64,000 nt of DNA from positions 104,089,635 through 104,153,634 of the forward strand of contig JARFYF010000063.1 of assembly GCA_030265395.1 (NCBI GenBank). The letters are read 5' to 3'. Each line of letters begins with the position of its first letter. Position 1 is the stretch's first letter. The position numbers and the translations under genes were made by a program. This DNA comes from Rhina ancylostomus (taxonomy: Eukaryota). Positions 1 through 14,029 of the stretch are shown here, piece after piece. A model generated the notes under the pieces. That model was not told the DNA's origin, searched no databases, and saw only the letters and a program-made list of their open reading frames with translations.

Positions 1-265
1 GTTGAGAGGAAATGGTTTTAAAAGGGATTTGAGGGAAAAGTTTTTTAAACAGTGAGAGGCTGATATCAGGAAATTGCTGCCAGGGGAGGTGGTGGAATCA
101 GATATGTTTAAGAAACATTTAGACAGGCACTTAAATAGGCAAGGCATAGTGGGATACGGACCTAATGTGGCCAACTAGTGTAGAAGGGCAAAAAGGTTGG
201 CATGGACATGGTGGGCCAAAAGGCCTGTTTCTGTGCTGTATAACTCCATGACCCTATGACTCCAA
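1..265 (+). mobile_element. CR1 LINE 3' end
   Basis: ggacatggtgggccaaaaggcctgtttctgtgctgtataactccatgaccctatgactc tail. Confidence 0.75.
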
Positions 266-1744
266 TATATTGGATATACTCAACAGGTCAGGTAGCAACC
301 ATGGAGCGAGAAAAACTGAATTAATGTTAAACCACAAGATGGACAGAAAGGATTACAGTTTTGATGCACACATGGGCAAAATGTCTTACTGCTGGGATGC
401 AACCAGGGTTTTACAGGAGAGATTGTGATGCAGCCAAAAATCAGAAATATACTTGCCAACTTGAAAGGAAAAGAAAGTTGGGGGTGGAGTTCAAGTTTCA
501 TGGGAGGCTGGATTGAGGATGATGGGTAGTGAGTGGCACTGAGTGAAGAAAATAATAAAACCAGAGAAAAGAGAACTATAGACAATGTTTAGAAGCTAGC
601 CTAGAGCGAATTGGTCAAAGGAGCAGAAGTAGGTTCTGTGGAAGAGATCTATTTAGAAAGGTTGATGGGGGAGCAATTGCAAAGTGAGAGTTGAATTTAT
701 AGCAAGGGGAAGAGAAAGGGAGAACAAATGGGGCAGATAGTTTGCCCTTGGATGGATATCCATGAGCTTCTCACTTAGAATTGGGGGGGAGGGGGGGTTT
801 GCAGGTGTTTGGAAGTCAAAGGAAATTTAGATTAGAGGAGATGCTTCTTCAAATGAGGACTTTAAGGTTGTTTTGCAATCCAATCTGATTCTAATATATG
901 TGATTTTTGGCTGTAAAGTACATACATATTTAGCTTTATATGATAAAGATGCAAAAGACAATTGTGCTTCAAGTACACTGTAGTTTTCACTCTTCTTGCT
1001 TGAAAGTACAAAGTTGGAGACTGTATCAGGAGAGGTGGGCTGGTGGGAACCAATGTTAGTTTTTTTAAGCTAAAAGTAGAAATTAGAGAACAAATTAAAA
1101 CAACATCAGCAAAAAAATCATTTTTTTTAAATTAATAAATGGTAACAACATAGAATTGTATACAACATAAAGCAAAGAAGCATTCATGCCACCCTATCCA
1201 TGACAATGTTTATGGTCCACTTGTATTGGATGAAGATTGGGCAGAACTGCATGGGTAATGATGCCATCCACTTTTGGGTACAGTGCTCAAGTTTCTTTCT
1301 GTCACTAACAAATGCTGATGCCCCAAAAACTGGAGCCTTTTTAATATTGATTCATAATTTTAGTAATTTTTCAAGTTCACTTGCTTGATTATCATTAATC
1401 AAAAGATTACTACGCTCGAGGTTCTGCTTTTTAATTTAGGCCTTGCCCACTAGCAGATCCTCCTCTGTTCTCTGAAGTGGATCACATCAAATTTGTACTC
1501 TTACATTTGCAGCTGCTCTTCTTGTTGACACACCCCACAGGACTCCAATGATGACTAGAGAGTATTCCCTTTTTTTAAATTAAATCCAAAATAACTAGAA
1601 GCTTTCTATTTTGTTCCACCCCACCCTCCAACCCACTGTGGACTATCTGGACTACTCAATGATGCCTTGGTTAGAAATCTAAAATCCCATTCTAAAGCCT
1701 ATTCACTTCTCTTCACAAACTAAGCTACTTCATAATATGAAAAT

Positions 1745-1920
1745 CAAAAATCTGCAGATGCTGGAAATCTGAAATAAACCCAGATGCTGGAAACACCCTG
1801 CAGATCAGGCAACATCTATGGAAAGGGAAACACAGTTTAATGTTTCAAGTCAAAGACCTTACAAAAAGTAAGAGAAGAAAAGTTTGTTTTAAGTCACAGA
1901 GAGGGTGGGAGAGAATTTCT
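1745..1920. mobile_element. Penelope-derived element arm
   Basis: ctgcagatgctggaaatctgaaataaa...gatcaggcaacatctatggaaagggaaacacagtttaatgtttcaagtc. Confidence 0.6.
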
Positions 1921-3189
1921 TAATGATTGGATAGGACCATCTTTTGCAATTTTCCCTCCATTCCTTCTCTCGTTTTCTCTTTTCCTCCTGTCAATCATAC
2001 ACTGAATATGGTCTAATTGTTCTGTTGTAAATAATCCTGCTGTTTCTAACCCTCCCTGTGTGATGAAGCTCCTTTAACTCTCATTCCAATTCATTACCTC
2101 TGAACGAATGTGATTCATAACAGAGGCATTTCTCACGTTAATCCAGAATTGCCTCACTTCCATGTATTCCTACATTTTGTAGTCCAAGCATTCTGTCTGT
2201 CCTATTGTTATCTATGACATTCTAATTCACTAATATATTGTTCTTTAGAACAAACTTATCAGCTTCTCTATGAGCAACTGGCAGCAACTTGACAGGGTGC
2301 TACATTTTGTACAAAGTGGGATTCCCACAGGTACTTTCATGGTGTACATGCAGCCTCATTCAAAGGGATTCTGCTCTAATGTAGGGCAATGTCATGGTTT
2401 GCAGCACAATGTTATATGATTGGATTGTTCCTTCTGTAGCAATCACTTTCAAGTCTTCATTTCTAAGCCCTATACTGTGCCAGCACTGTCTGGAAAATAA
2501 GATTCTGGGTGGCTTCTGGCTATCCTCCAAATGTTTTCTCAGGCTTTGAGCTGAACAATAAAGTATAAGTAGGCATGTTAATCTGCCAAGGTAATAAATG
2601 AGAACTCATGTCAGGTTGAAGATATACTTTGATGCCTCAGACATGTTTCACACATCTTGCAACATGCTTCAATTGAGATTTCAAGGATTGTGGTTGCATT
2701 TTTTTTGTGAAAAGCTTTGTCATGGAAACCTCAAAGGAGGAAGATCTCCACAAGGAGAAACAAATTTATCAAATGTAACAACCGCTGGCTGAAAAAGACA
2801 CAAGTATATCAAAGAGCTAAAATAGACATTTGTGCCATCCTCAGGCAGATTTTCTCATGAGTACTGGCCAAAATGCTTCAATAGTACTCTGCATTTCCTC
2901 CATATAAAGGTGCCATCAAGCACAGACATGATGTGCGATAGCAAAAAGCTCTTTCATACAAGGAAAATGATAGGAACTTCCATATCTTTCCAATTAACGC
3001 CATCAGCATGCACAGATATTAGAGTAAGCAAACTGTCAGTTTGAAAGTATAGCTGTGTACATAATAAGTCTACCAAATAAAAAGTAAATATCAGACATGT
3101 CATAGCAGTTTCTGTTTCTGTTTCAGATTTACAGCATCTGCAGTCTTTTGATTTTCTCTTTATGCCCAGTTTATCAAACACTTTGTTGT

Positions 3190-3860
3190 TGATAGTGAGG
3201 ATACAAAATGATATCGATCTGCTGCTAAATTGGGCAGTGTGGTGTCAGATGGAAATTTATCCTGAAACATGTGAGGTGATACATTTTGCAAGGTCTAATA
3301 AAAGTAGGACATATACCATGAATGATAGAGACCTAGGAAGTACTGAGGAACAGAGGGACCTTGGTATACAAGTCCATAGATCCCTCAAGGAGGTCTACGG
3401 GATGCTGGCTTTCATTAGACAGGACATAGATCATGAGACCATGGAGGTCATGTTAACAACTTTAAAAAATTTGGTAAGGCCACAGCTGGAGTATTGTGTG
3501 AACCTCTGCTCACCACATTATAGGAAGGATGCAAATGCACTGGAGAGGGTGCAGAGGAGATTCACTAGGATTTTGCCTGGAGATAGAATATTTTAGTTAT
3601 GAGGAGAGGCTAGGTAGACTGGGCTTGTTTTCCTTGGAGTGGAGGAAAAAGGGACAGCAAAATTATGAAAGGCATGGATGAGTTGATAGCGAGAAACTTT
3701 TCCCTTTAACAGATGTTTAAATCCAGAGGGCATGGGTTTAAGATGAGGAGTAAGAGGTTTGGAGGGAATCTGAAGAAAAATATGTTCACCTAGAGGTAGT
3801 TGGAATCTGGAATGCACTGCCTGAAAAGTTGGTGGAGGCAGGTACACTCACAACATTTAT
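3190..3860 (+). mobile_element. CR1 LINE RT C-terminal fragment
   Basis: WQMEIYPETCEVIHF...QRDLGIQVHRSLK...LVRPQLEYCV..CSPHYRKDANALERVQRRFTRILPG. Confidence 0.85.
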
Positions 3861-3944
3861 CATATCAGTCCTTTGCATCAAAGTATACTATTTCATAGTG
3901 ATCACTATTAAATGCATTTTTTTTAAAAACACAATTTGCATAGT

Positions 3945-4126
3945 TGTCACANNNNNNNNNNNNNNNNNNNNNNNNNNNNNNNNNNNNNNNNNNNNNNNNN
4001 NNNNNNNNNNNNNNNNNNNNNNNNNNNNNNNNNNNNNNNNNNNNNNNNNNNCCAGCATGGAATCCATGTGCTGGACAACAAGGCATTAATGGAGCCAAAT
4101 GAGGGCCAGAACTCAGAACCATGACA
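3945..4126 (-). mobile_element. Second copy of the same LTR family, spanning an N gap
   Basis: tgtcaca immediately before the gap; agcatggaatccatgtgctg...cagaaccatgaca after it; flanks atagt/gtagt. Confidence 0.6.
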
Positions 4127-7042
4127 GTAGTATGCATTTATGACTGATTATATGCATGCACAGAGCACTTACATACCATGTTTGAAATGTGAATGCATTT
4201 AAAGGTTTGGGTGAAAGATGTTATCTAAGCAAAGCCTGGGAATTCAAGGAGCACTCTGGTCCTTCAGTGTGATAGGGGCATCATTTTAGGAATCAGATTA
4301 GTTTCAATTGATTCATTCTTGTAATTGAAAGATCATTACTTTCCCTGCACTGAGTAGCCATGTGACCACAAAGAACTTGGATTTTAAAAAAGCGCCTCAA
4401 GCCCATTCCAATATTTAGTAAGTTCATGGCTTACTAAATATTGCTCAGTACCCAGATACTTTGATTTCCTGAGCAACCAATAATCCTGCAGAAAATAGCC
4501 ATCAATTCACTTATTGCTGCCAAACAGCTTTCAGAGAAGGCCTGTGACACCGGCGCTGTAAAACACCTCCCCTGACACTCTCACTTTCCTTAGTGCCACT
4601 TCCACCATTACATCAGCAGCATTTCTCTATTCTCCTGTTGATAGACAGATAAAAAATGTGGAGTATCTTTCCTGCACCATATGATAGAATTTCTTTTACA
4701 TCCTATAATGATTTATACTGCTGTGGGTTTTGACCAGCTTTATATAGTCCTTACCACCCTTCCCCACTGTAACTGCCAATGCTTAACCCTGAATGGGACC
4801 TTTCCCAATCAGAGTGGTTCTGTTACTTGGACTCGTACAGAAAATTTAATGAGATTTGTCTCTGGCTCCATGATAGGAAATACAGTGACTTCAAAATTAC
4901 ATCTTTATAGTGATCTTCATTTTTTACATTTTACTAAGTGCTCTGATAACTATAATCTTTGAGGGGTGAGCATTTTGCATATAGTAACAGTGTGTGCTCC
5001 TATAATATGATCTTGAAGGAGAGATTAACTTCGCCTCCCATCTGGCTTTTCTGGTGATGCAGTTAGCTAACAGTCACTGCAGAATAGTGTCCTGGCTCAT
5101 AGTCTCATTTAATCAATACCATTAAAAACAAATTCAGTCATTATTTACGTCTGTAGCATGCAGAATCTTTGCTTTTAGTCATGTAACTGTAGTTATTCTA
5201 ACATGAAATGAATTCTATTTTTTTTGCTGTGGAAAGCAATAATCTATGCACAAGTATTAATAATGTGTTACACAAAGTGCCATAAATTTAATCTGTTAAG
5301 CGGCTTAGGGTGAATGCCCAATAGGTTCCTTGACTGAAGGAGCTGCAAAATTAAAAATGCTCATTAGCCATTCACTCAATTACAACAACTGTTCATAAAA
5401 CCCCTTCAGCACATGTTATGAGGTGCTTCATATGGTATTATTGAACAACAATTTACAATAAGGAAATATTTAGGCAGGTGACCTAAAACTTGGCTAAAAA
5501 TGTATGTCTTTTGGAGCATGTTAAAGAAATAGGGAGAGCTTTAGGGACAGAATTCTAAGCAGCTTAAGATACAATTGTCAGAAGTGGAGCAAATAAATTC
5601 ATGGATGATAAAATAGCCAGAATTAGATTAGAACTGATATTGCAGATTGTTTTAGGACTGGAAAAAATTACAGGGATAGAAGAACATGACTATAAAGGAA
5701 TTTGACAACAAGGCTAGGAAATTTGAATCGAAGGATTGCTTAACTGGAGAGATGGGTATGTGAGGCCTGGTATGAGGTAGGATACAGACAGCAGAATTTT
5801 GGATTAACCCAAGTTTACAGAGGTTAGATCTAGGAGTCAATGGAATAGTTGAGTTTAAAGACAACAAAGGCATCGACAAGAATTTCAGAAACAAAGGAGA
5901 TGAGATGGGACAGAGTTGGGAGATATTGAGGAGGTAGAAATAGTTCAGTTTAGAGATAGCCCAGAAATGAGATCAGCTTATTTAAAGGGCAGATACAGCA
6001 GCAAGGTTATAAACAGGCAGATCTTGTTTTTTTTTCACTTCCAATCAAATGTAGTCTCTTTATATTTTAGAGATTTTCAGGTCATTGGATGAGCTGGGTC
6101 CTCATATCAAGCCCCTGCCAATTCTACTCTTCAGGTGAAACATAGGAAGAAGCAAAGAGGTTGCAGTACCTCTGATTTTAAAAAAAACTAAGTGATATTT
6201 TAAAATGAGATTTTCTCTTGTTTGCTTAGGGATTTGCAGTGTGGAAAAAGAACATGCAGCAGATTACCCAGTAATACACAGGTGGAACACCAATCATCTG
6301 CTCCACCATGGCTTTGTTGCTTTGGTGAAAAGAGTTTTCAGCTGTTGCCACTGTTTCCATTGCAGAAATCAGGGGGCAACAATGTCGTCTCATTTGTCCT
6401 AAAGTACCACCAGTGCAGGCAGCAGGATCCCTTGCAATTAATTTGTTGGATATCTGAATTCCAGTTCCCATCCTCTACTTGTGTGTGTCAAATTACCTTT
6501 AACATTATTAAATTGATATTTAATAATTTAATTGGCATATTGGAAATAGAAAACTCTAATTTTTAAGTTGCTTCCAAGATTTTTACAGGTCTATTTCACT
6601 TTATGGTCAATCTTATGGTTGGAAACCATTCAGAAAATATACCTTAGCATAATTTTATTTTCCTTTTTGTACAGCTTTGGGAACTTTTTTAATTAATTGC
6701 TTTGTTGCAGTTATGAAGTGCTCTTTTACAAAGAAGATAAAGTAGAAAACCATCAATGTGTGTGAAATACAAGATCAGCTTTTCTTTAATGTTGTTAGAT
6801 GGTGATGTATCTTAAATAATGTAAAACTATGTTGTTGGTGACATTTGTTTTTAACTTTTAATATTCATCAGATAAACTATATCAGAAGTAAACAGCTTCA
6901 TAATATACTACTATAATAAACTCACAGAATATATGTGATATTGTAAAAAGAAAGATGATGCTAAACATGCAAAAAAGGAAAACAAATCTAAGATACAACA
7001 GAAAAGGCTGAAAAGCCCATCCCATCCTCATGTGGTGTAATT

Positions 7043-7453
7043 TGTCACAACGTTGAGCAAAGAGCAAGTTCACAGAGAACCCAAGTGCAGCACACTGGTA
7101 CAAGACTGGAGTCAGGATACTTCCTCAGGACTAAACACAGGCAGCAACGGGAAGAAATCTTGCCTCAGGGATCTGAGGTGGAGTCCCAACATGAACTGGG
7201 TAGCCAAAGAGGAACAGAGAAAGCAGGACTGCTCTAGAGCTGACCACTCTAAGCAGCCAGGAGCCAAAGTATACCTAAAGGTTGACCAATACCCTGGCAA
7301 CTAGTGCTAGAGAAACCTAGGTACTTATGCTAGGCCCCTGATGGGGATCAGGTATGTGTTGTTATGCAATCAGTCAAGCATGGAATCCATGTGCTGTACA
7401 ACAAGACACAATCAAAGGAGCCAAATTGAGGGCCAGTACTCAGAACCATGACA
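7043..7453 (-). mobile_element. Solo LTR (~411 bp)
   Basis: TGTCA...TGACA termini; flanks taatt/caatt form a 5-bp TSD with 1 mismatch. The last ~75 bp match 4054-4126. Strand is tentative. Confidence 0.7.
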
Positions 7454-9488
7454 CAATTAACACTATTTTATCCTTTTCTGCCTCCAGCTGCCTCCCCCTA
7501 AGTCTCAGCAGTCATGCAATTTCCTGGAAGAGGCAAAAGATAAGAGGAAAAAAATATTGGCCTGTGTACAAAAAAAAACTGGGAGATTCCTACCTGATCC
7601 TCAAATCTGCTGTAAATCATGGACTAACACCATCAGACATCATTAAACCACTTGATCTCCTCAGCTCCAGAAATAGTGGACTGTTATATAATGGTGACTA
7701 TGTTGCACTCAATCTATTCCCTGAATGTGCTGCTGTGATTTTATCAGTAATCGCATTCCAGAGGTATAGTCCTGGAAATGTAAGTACTAAGTATGAATGT
7801 TAAGGATTGGGCCATGTTATCACATATTGCAGTGAAGATGATTCTGACATGTGCATATTGCTCAAAGGCTTCATGGTACCATTATTAACAAAAAGAAGGG
7901 AATTTCTTTTTGTTCTGTGATAGGTTTTAAACAAGAGCCTGTGAGACTTAACATAGGGCCCAATGCTAGAAGCTTTTTGGACATTTAAAGAGTGCCTAGA
8001 TAGAAAGGTAATTGCAAAAGTAAGTGACAAAAGGTTTATTATTGTACATTTTTTAAATGAAAGATGTGAGGTCGGTGAAATATGCTGGACCCTTCTGTAT
8101 CTTCAGTTGTTAATAAATAATCTACTCTTTTCTGGTACTCTTCTCCTTTATCTATTAGTAAAGGAGCCACAAATTGATCTTTTTCATGGTTTTCAAAGCA
8201 GTTTTATCAAAATAACGATTTTACATGTGAAAGGTCTTGTGAAGAAGTTCACGCCCATAACATCTGATTAAAGTCACAGGGAGTTCTTAATGTTAAAAGC
8301 CTTAATGTCACTATCACACAGTTGGACATTTGGGAAATACAGGCACATTCCTCAACACAAAAGACATTTAACTTCTTTTGGGCAATACCTTTACCACAAT
8401 AACAAAAGGAATTTTCAAGGCAGAACCAGTTACTCTTTCCCTTTCTCTTTTTTTTAGAGATTTGCAAGTCTATAGGGATGCAACATGCAGAGTGCACATG
8501 GGAAACATTGTAAAATGTGTGTGTGACCTACAAAGCATTATAACTTCATTTTAACTGAATTTATAACTTTGTGCTATAGTTAGACTTTTTTGTACCAGCA
8601 CTGGCCATCAACCAGAAGGTGACTAATGGTACATTTTGCACAGTGAGTTGTGAAATAATCTTGAATCAATAATCAAGAAACAGGGTATCTAATTGGCATG
8701 ATTTAACAATAAAAATACCACCGCAAGTTGGTTTATCAAACATATTGCACAATGTTTGACTGAATCATAAAATGTGAAGGAATTCCAACAGGGATAAAAA
8801 AGGACGTTATTAGCTGTAAAGCATCTTTTTCTTGCAAAATGCTGTATAATACAAGCTCATTTGTTATATTATGGTGATTTGAAACATCCAGTAAGAAAGA
8901 AAAATAATATTAAGCTTTTGACATTTCAACACTTCTCATAAAATAGAACCATCTTTCTTTGAATGCTTTGTTTTACTTCTGTTCCCGAACTCTGAGAGAA
9001 GTAAAGATGTCACTGAATAGATGATGGCAGTCACTTGATTTGTCACTCTGTCCTATTGTAATTGCATTATGAGGCTGNNNNNNNNNNTGGGTTGTAGCAT
9101 GGTTAGAAATATAAAATTTCTGATGGGTTAGAGTGACTGACATACATCATCAGTCTTTCATCCTGATAGTCAGCATTTTAGCATCCATACAGTGTTGGCT
9201 GGTACAAATTGGACATTGGACCCCTTCTTTCCCAAATCTTTTGTCCAATGCACCTGAACAGGGTCTATCTGTCTTCTCAGTAAAACTCAGAGTATTACTC
9301 AGGGTTTGTAATTTATGCATTATCACAGTTGGTAACAGAATCAAATAGTAAAGAGTTAGAGGTGGAGGATGGGAATAGAATGGTTGCCAATGAAACAAGA
9401 GGGTAATGAAAGACAGTTGTTATATATGTAAATAAATATAATCTCACTGACATGTTTGATTATGTTTGCATTGTGGCATGCAATCTGC

Positions 9489-9924
9489 AAGAATGTTCAA
9501 CAAATCAGACACATGTTTCAAAACTCCCACACTTCCCTTATACCCTCTGTATGTTCTTTTACTATAGATTTCAGATGACTGTCAGTTCAGATAGAATGCT
9601 TGTTAAAACTGTGTAGTTTATTCATGGATCGTACTCATTAATTCTGGTATACTTCTGTTGATTATGCATTATCGCTAATACCCAAATTCATAATTCATGC
9701 AGAGTACAATAACATGTTTGGGAGTTGATAGCACCATTCTTAAATTATTTGATAGTAGAGCATTGTTGAACTCTATTCCTTCAAGTAGAGAGATTTCCAG
9801 ACATCTTTGCCTATCCTAAGAATGTTAAACAAATCAGACACATGTTTTAAAACTCCCACACTTTCCTTATACCCTCTGTATGTTCTTTTACTATAAATTT
9901 CAGATGACTGTCAGTTCAGATAGA
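9489..9924 (+). repeat. 107-bp direct repeat (9489-9595 and 9818-9924)
   Basis: aagaatgtt(c/a)aacaaatcagacacatg...gatgactgtcagttcagataga; 4 mismatches counted by eye. Confidence 0.9.
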
Positions 9925-11749
9925 TGATTGATGAAAGCTGGATGTTGTTCACTATGATTTGGTGTAATTGACATACTGGTATTTGTTTTTAAACATCGCC
10001 TCAGTTTTCAGATTCAAATCTCTCCATGAGTTCAGCCTATCCCATTTTCCCTAATCTCTTTCAGCCCCGTAGTTTTCAGAAATATCTGCATATCCCCCAA
10101 TGCAGATATGTGCATCCCTGAATTTAATTATTGGAGCTGCCAGTGTGCCAGTTCTGAAATTCCCTCCCAAAACCTCTCTTTCTTTAAGATGTTCTATAAA
10201 GCTGTCTCTTGACCCAAACTTTTGGTCATTATCTCTTTTATTTTCTTATGCGGCTTAGATCAATTTTTCTGGGTGATAACACTCCAATGAAACACCTTTG
10301 GATATCTTTCCCACATTAAAGGAGCTATATAAATGAAAGTCATTTTTTTTTTATTTTTCAAATGAATGGGAAGACAGTAGATACTATATACATAAAAGAC
10401 AGAAATAGATCCGTTTCGTTCTTTATGTTTGAAAGCATCAATACTAATCTAATTCACTGTGGTACCAAGTCAGCATCATAGTGAATCACAAAGATATTCA
10501 TTGCTCTCCTCCTTTTCTCAAAGGAAGGAATATTCACAGCTAATTTTCAAAAGTTCACGTTACTTCAAATTTACAATATAACATATTCTCCACTGAAATC
10601 ATGTGAAAGGGACCATAGAGCATAAAAAGAAACCAAAGTAAATTAAGAGTAAAAATATAGAGGATTTCTTTGTAATCAAATATAATGGGGATGAAAATTA
10701 CTCCAACTACTACAAAGCAAAATGCCAGATGTATAGATTGAGTTAGTGAACATTAAATATAACCTGTTAAGAGGATTTGAAGACAGAAATCCAAACAAAT
10801 ATAATGGTATATTGCATTGAATTGATGCAATGAGAATTCATATGGACATTTTATTTTTACTTTTCTGTGTACAGTATCGGAATTAACAGCTGTAATCTAG
10901 AGATTATTTGATTTTTTTCTCTCAGGATTTGAATCTTTCAATTGCATTAATTACAGGAATGGATTAGTGGGATAATGCTTTCAACTCAATTATTTTAACA
11001 GTCAAAACATAATTCTTTCAGATAATAATTATCAAATGGTGGCATGAATTTGTTTACAAGACTTTCAAAACAAACCAAGGTTTTTTTCAATAGCTTGAAC
11101 TCAAAGTTAGTTTAATCAAATGCCTGTGAAATGCCTTGAGAAATTTCATAAATGTAAATTATTGCTCTTTTTCACCACAATATGATGAAATTACTTCAAC
11201 CTAAAACTACATTTAAGTCTTTCTAACAGTATCTCAATTTATTTAGCTTTAATCAGTGTGGAACAGAAGAGCTTGTTTAAGTAGGTTAACACAAAGACGG
11301 AAGATAACCTGAGCCAGGTATTACTGTATACATGGGGTTCTTCTCTTGAGTTAACAACAACAAATAATATTGCCTACAATATTGTAAAATATTCTAGAGA
11401 ACTGCATGGAATCAGAATAAGATAAACTATTGCACACAGAGCCATATGCATTCTGGCATTTTATTAATGTGCTATGTGTATTAAGGAGCACATCAAAGGA
11501 GAAAAGAGATAGAAAGTCAGAGAGAAATTCCCAAGTTTTGCACTGAGGCTGCTGAAGGGTTGGCCTTCAATAATAGAGCCCAGGAAATTGGAGAAGTGCA
11601 GGAGGCTGCAAATAGAGGAATACAAGAGTTCTTAGAAGTTTATAAAAGTGAGAAGATTACAGAGAGAGAGGGTTAGACCCATGGAAGAATTTAAACTGAA
11701 GGGTGAAAATTTTAAGTCTGAGGTATTGCTGTTCCTGAAGGTAATGTAA

Positions 11750-12006
11750 CACTGTAGTGTAGCAGTTAGCGTAACGCTAAAACAGCGCCAGCGACCCAGG
11801 TTCAATTCTGCCGCTGTCTGTAAGGGGTTTGTACATTCTCCTCGTGACTATGTGAATTTCCTCCGGGTATACCAGTTTCCTTCCATGTTCCAAAGACTAC
11901 AGGTTAGGAAGCTTGTGAGCATGCTATGTTGGCGCCGGAAGAGTGGCGACACTTGTGGGCTGCCCCCAGAACACACTATGCAAAAAAATGCATTTCACTG
12001 CGTGTT
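11750..12006 (+). mobile_element. tRNA-derived V-domain SINE
   Basis: gtagtgtagcagttagcgtaacgct...ggttcaattc (B box)...tttgtacattctcctcgtg...gtttccttccatgttccaaagac; truncated by a gap. Confidence 0.85.
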
Positions 12007-13309
12007 NNNNNNNNNNNNNNNNNNNNNNNNNNNNNNNNNNNNNNNNNNNNNNNNNNNNNNNNNNNNNNNNNNNNNNNNNNNNNNNNNNNNNNNNNNNNNN
12101 NNNNNNATGAATTGACCTGTACGATCGGTATGCAAGACAAGTTTTCCACTGTACCTCGGTACAAGTGACAATAATAAACCAATGCCAATGCCAAGATGGA
12201 ACCATGGTGGACAGAAATCAGACACAGAGTCCAGAGACTTTATTTCGAGTCCAGAGACTTTATTTTATGATGCCTGTAATATTCACAGTACATTTCTGTG
12301 GATAGTTAAAAAGCACGTGGGGTCAGATACATGTCTCCTCTCTCTGTTGCTCTGTCCTCACAACTTGTACTTTCACTGGGCTTTGGTTCAGTCAGGGCAT
12401 GATAGGTTATTACACTCATGGTCAATTGCTGGGTTTATGGACGCAAACTGCCTCTTACTTTATAGCTGCCTCCACAGCTGCCCAGCCCCATTAACGTAAG
12501 TACAGTTAGCTACTGTTCCTGTCACAGCTTGCAGATTTTTATTGTTTCCCTATATTGTCAACACCTCTGAAGCTGGCATTACATGTTGATATAGTTTAAT
12601 GGGAGCCAACTGCAGTCTGATTTCTGATCGAAGTAGGTATTCATTGAATGTGAAGGTAAACAATGGGAGTAATTATAATCAAAATGCCTTTGGGGAAACT
12701 TATGTGATCAGCTCAGGAGCAGTATTGTTTCCTGCCTGTTTCATCTTAATTGAATTCACCAGGAGATCGATTGTGTTAGTTTCTTGTTAGAAAGGTTAAG
12801 TAAAAATTATACAGTCATAGCAGACAGCATATCTGACTGTAATTTTTTCTTCAACCAATGTGCATTTACCCAAGGTAATCATGGAAAGCAGAGTTTTAAC
12901 TTTCCTAACTCAAAGATGCTTATTCATTTACATTCAGGAATATCACAATTAATATGTGGATAATTTTCACTCTTATTTTGCAATCTAATTTATTTACTTT
13001 CAATGTTGACTAAATCAAGATTTTACTTCCCCTTGTAACAGCTTTATTTCCTGTGAGATTTCATTTAGGTTGATAAGATATAACTGCCTTTGGTTGAAGA
13101 TTGATTAGTTGTACTTAATCTTCGATTAGGCCGTGACCAAAAATAAATATGCTTAGAAAGTCAGAAGCATGAAATGAGAACATTTAGCACATGGGGCCAT
13201 GACTGCAGTAAAGCAAGGTAATGCTTCGTCATGGAATATAAAGGTTGCTTTATGTAGGTCTGCCCTCACAGAGGGAGAAACAGAAACATGCATTATACCA
13301 GAGGCCACA

Positions 13310-13650
13310 ACTAACTGCACCATGGTTTAATACTATTCAGCGGCAAATGGAATAGTCCAGGGTGTAATTCTTGATCCATGCTGATGTAGCTGCTTTCAAC
13401 TAGGGTGGCAATGGGGAACCACAATTAGCTTCAGAACAAAAAGTGGGAAAAAACAATTATTTCTGATTACTTTCCAGAAACTCATAAGGAAAATTGCATG
13501 CATAGATAGAATCAGGTGTGGTTAAGATTTATCACTATTCAATTTCAAGATTCCACAGGTGAGTGATAACCATGTTGCCAAAGTACTGAGAAGGTACCTT
13601 CGGAATGAGATGTGAGTCAATACCTACAGAATAAGGGGAGAAAATAAGAG
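13310..13650 (+). mobile_element. Possible ancient SINE (AmnSINE2-like); related remnant at ~61515-61760
   Basis: ttcttgatccatgctgatgtagctgctttcaactagggtggcaatggggaaccacaattagcttcag resembles my recollection of that consensus; not verified. Confidence 0.3.
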
Positions 13651-13844
13651 AATAGTAGGAAGTCTTTGAGGTCATTCATTGTTACTTTACAAATAATTGG
13701 AATAAATTAATCTTTTTTTGTCCACCTCCTCATACAGCTAATGTGAAAAATTCTTAGTATACATTTCTCTAGCATAATATCATTTGCAATCTTCCCATAT
13801 AATCATCTGAATCTTCTACTGTATTTACATTTCCCTCACATGTA

Positions 13845-14020
13845 ACAGAAACAGAGAAAGCTGGAAACATCCAGAAGGTCAAACAGCATCCACTGGGAAA
13901 TAAATAGAGTTGACATTTCAGGTCAAGGACCATTCAATTCTGATGCTGCTTGATCCGTTGAGTGCTTTGAGTAGTTTCTATTTTTGTTTCAGATTTCCAG
14001 GATTTGTAGTTTTTTTGCTT
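13845..14020. mobile_element. Internally deleted Penelope-derived palindromic element
   Basis: agaaagctggaaac...ggtcaaacagcatc...gttgacatttcaggtc joined to gatgctgcttgatccgttgagtgc...tttcagatttccagga. Confidence 0.6.
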
Positions 14021-14029
14021 CCAGTTGTG

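Noticed and set aside
6205-6566. Acceptor-like site followed by open frames; similar exon-like candidates at ~2249-2330 (+) and ~1505-1555 (-)
   Set aside because: No recognisable protein similarity and no supporting partner exons.
12227-12265. 20-bp tandem duplication gagtccagagactttattt
   Set aside because: Ordinary slippage duplication with no further structure.
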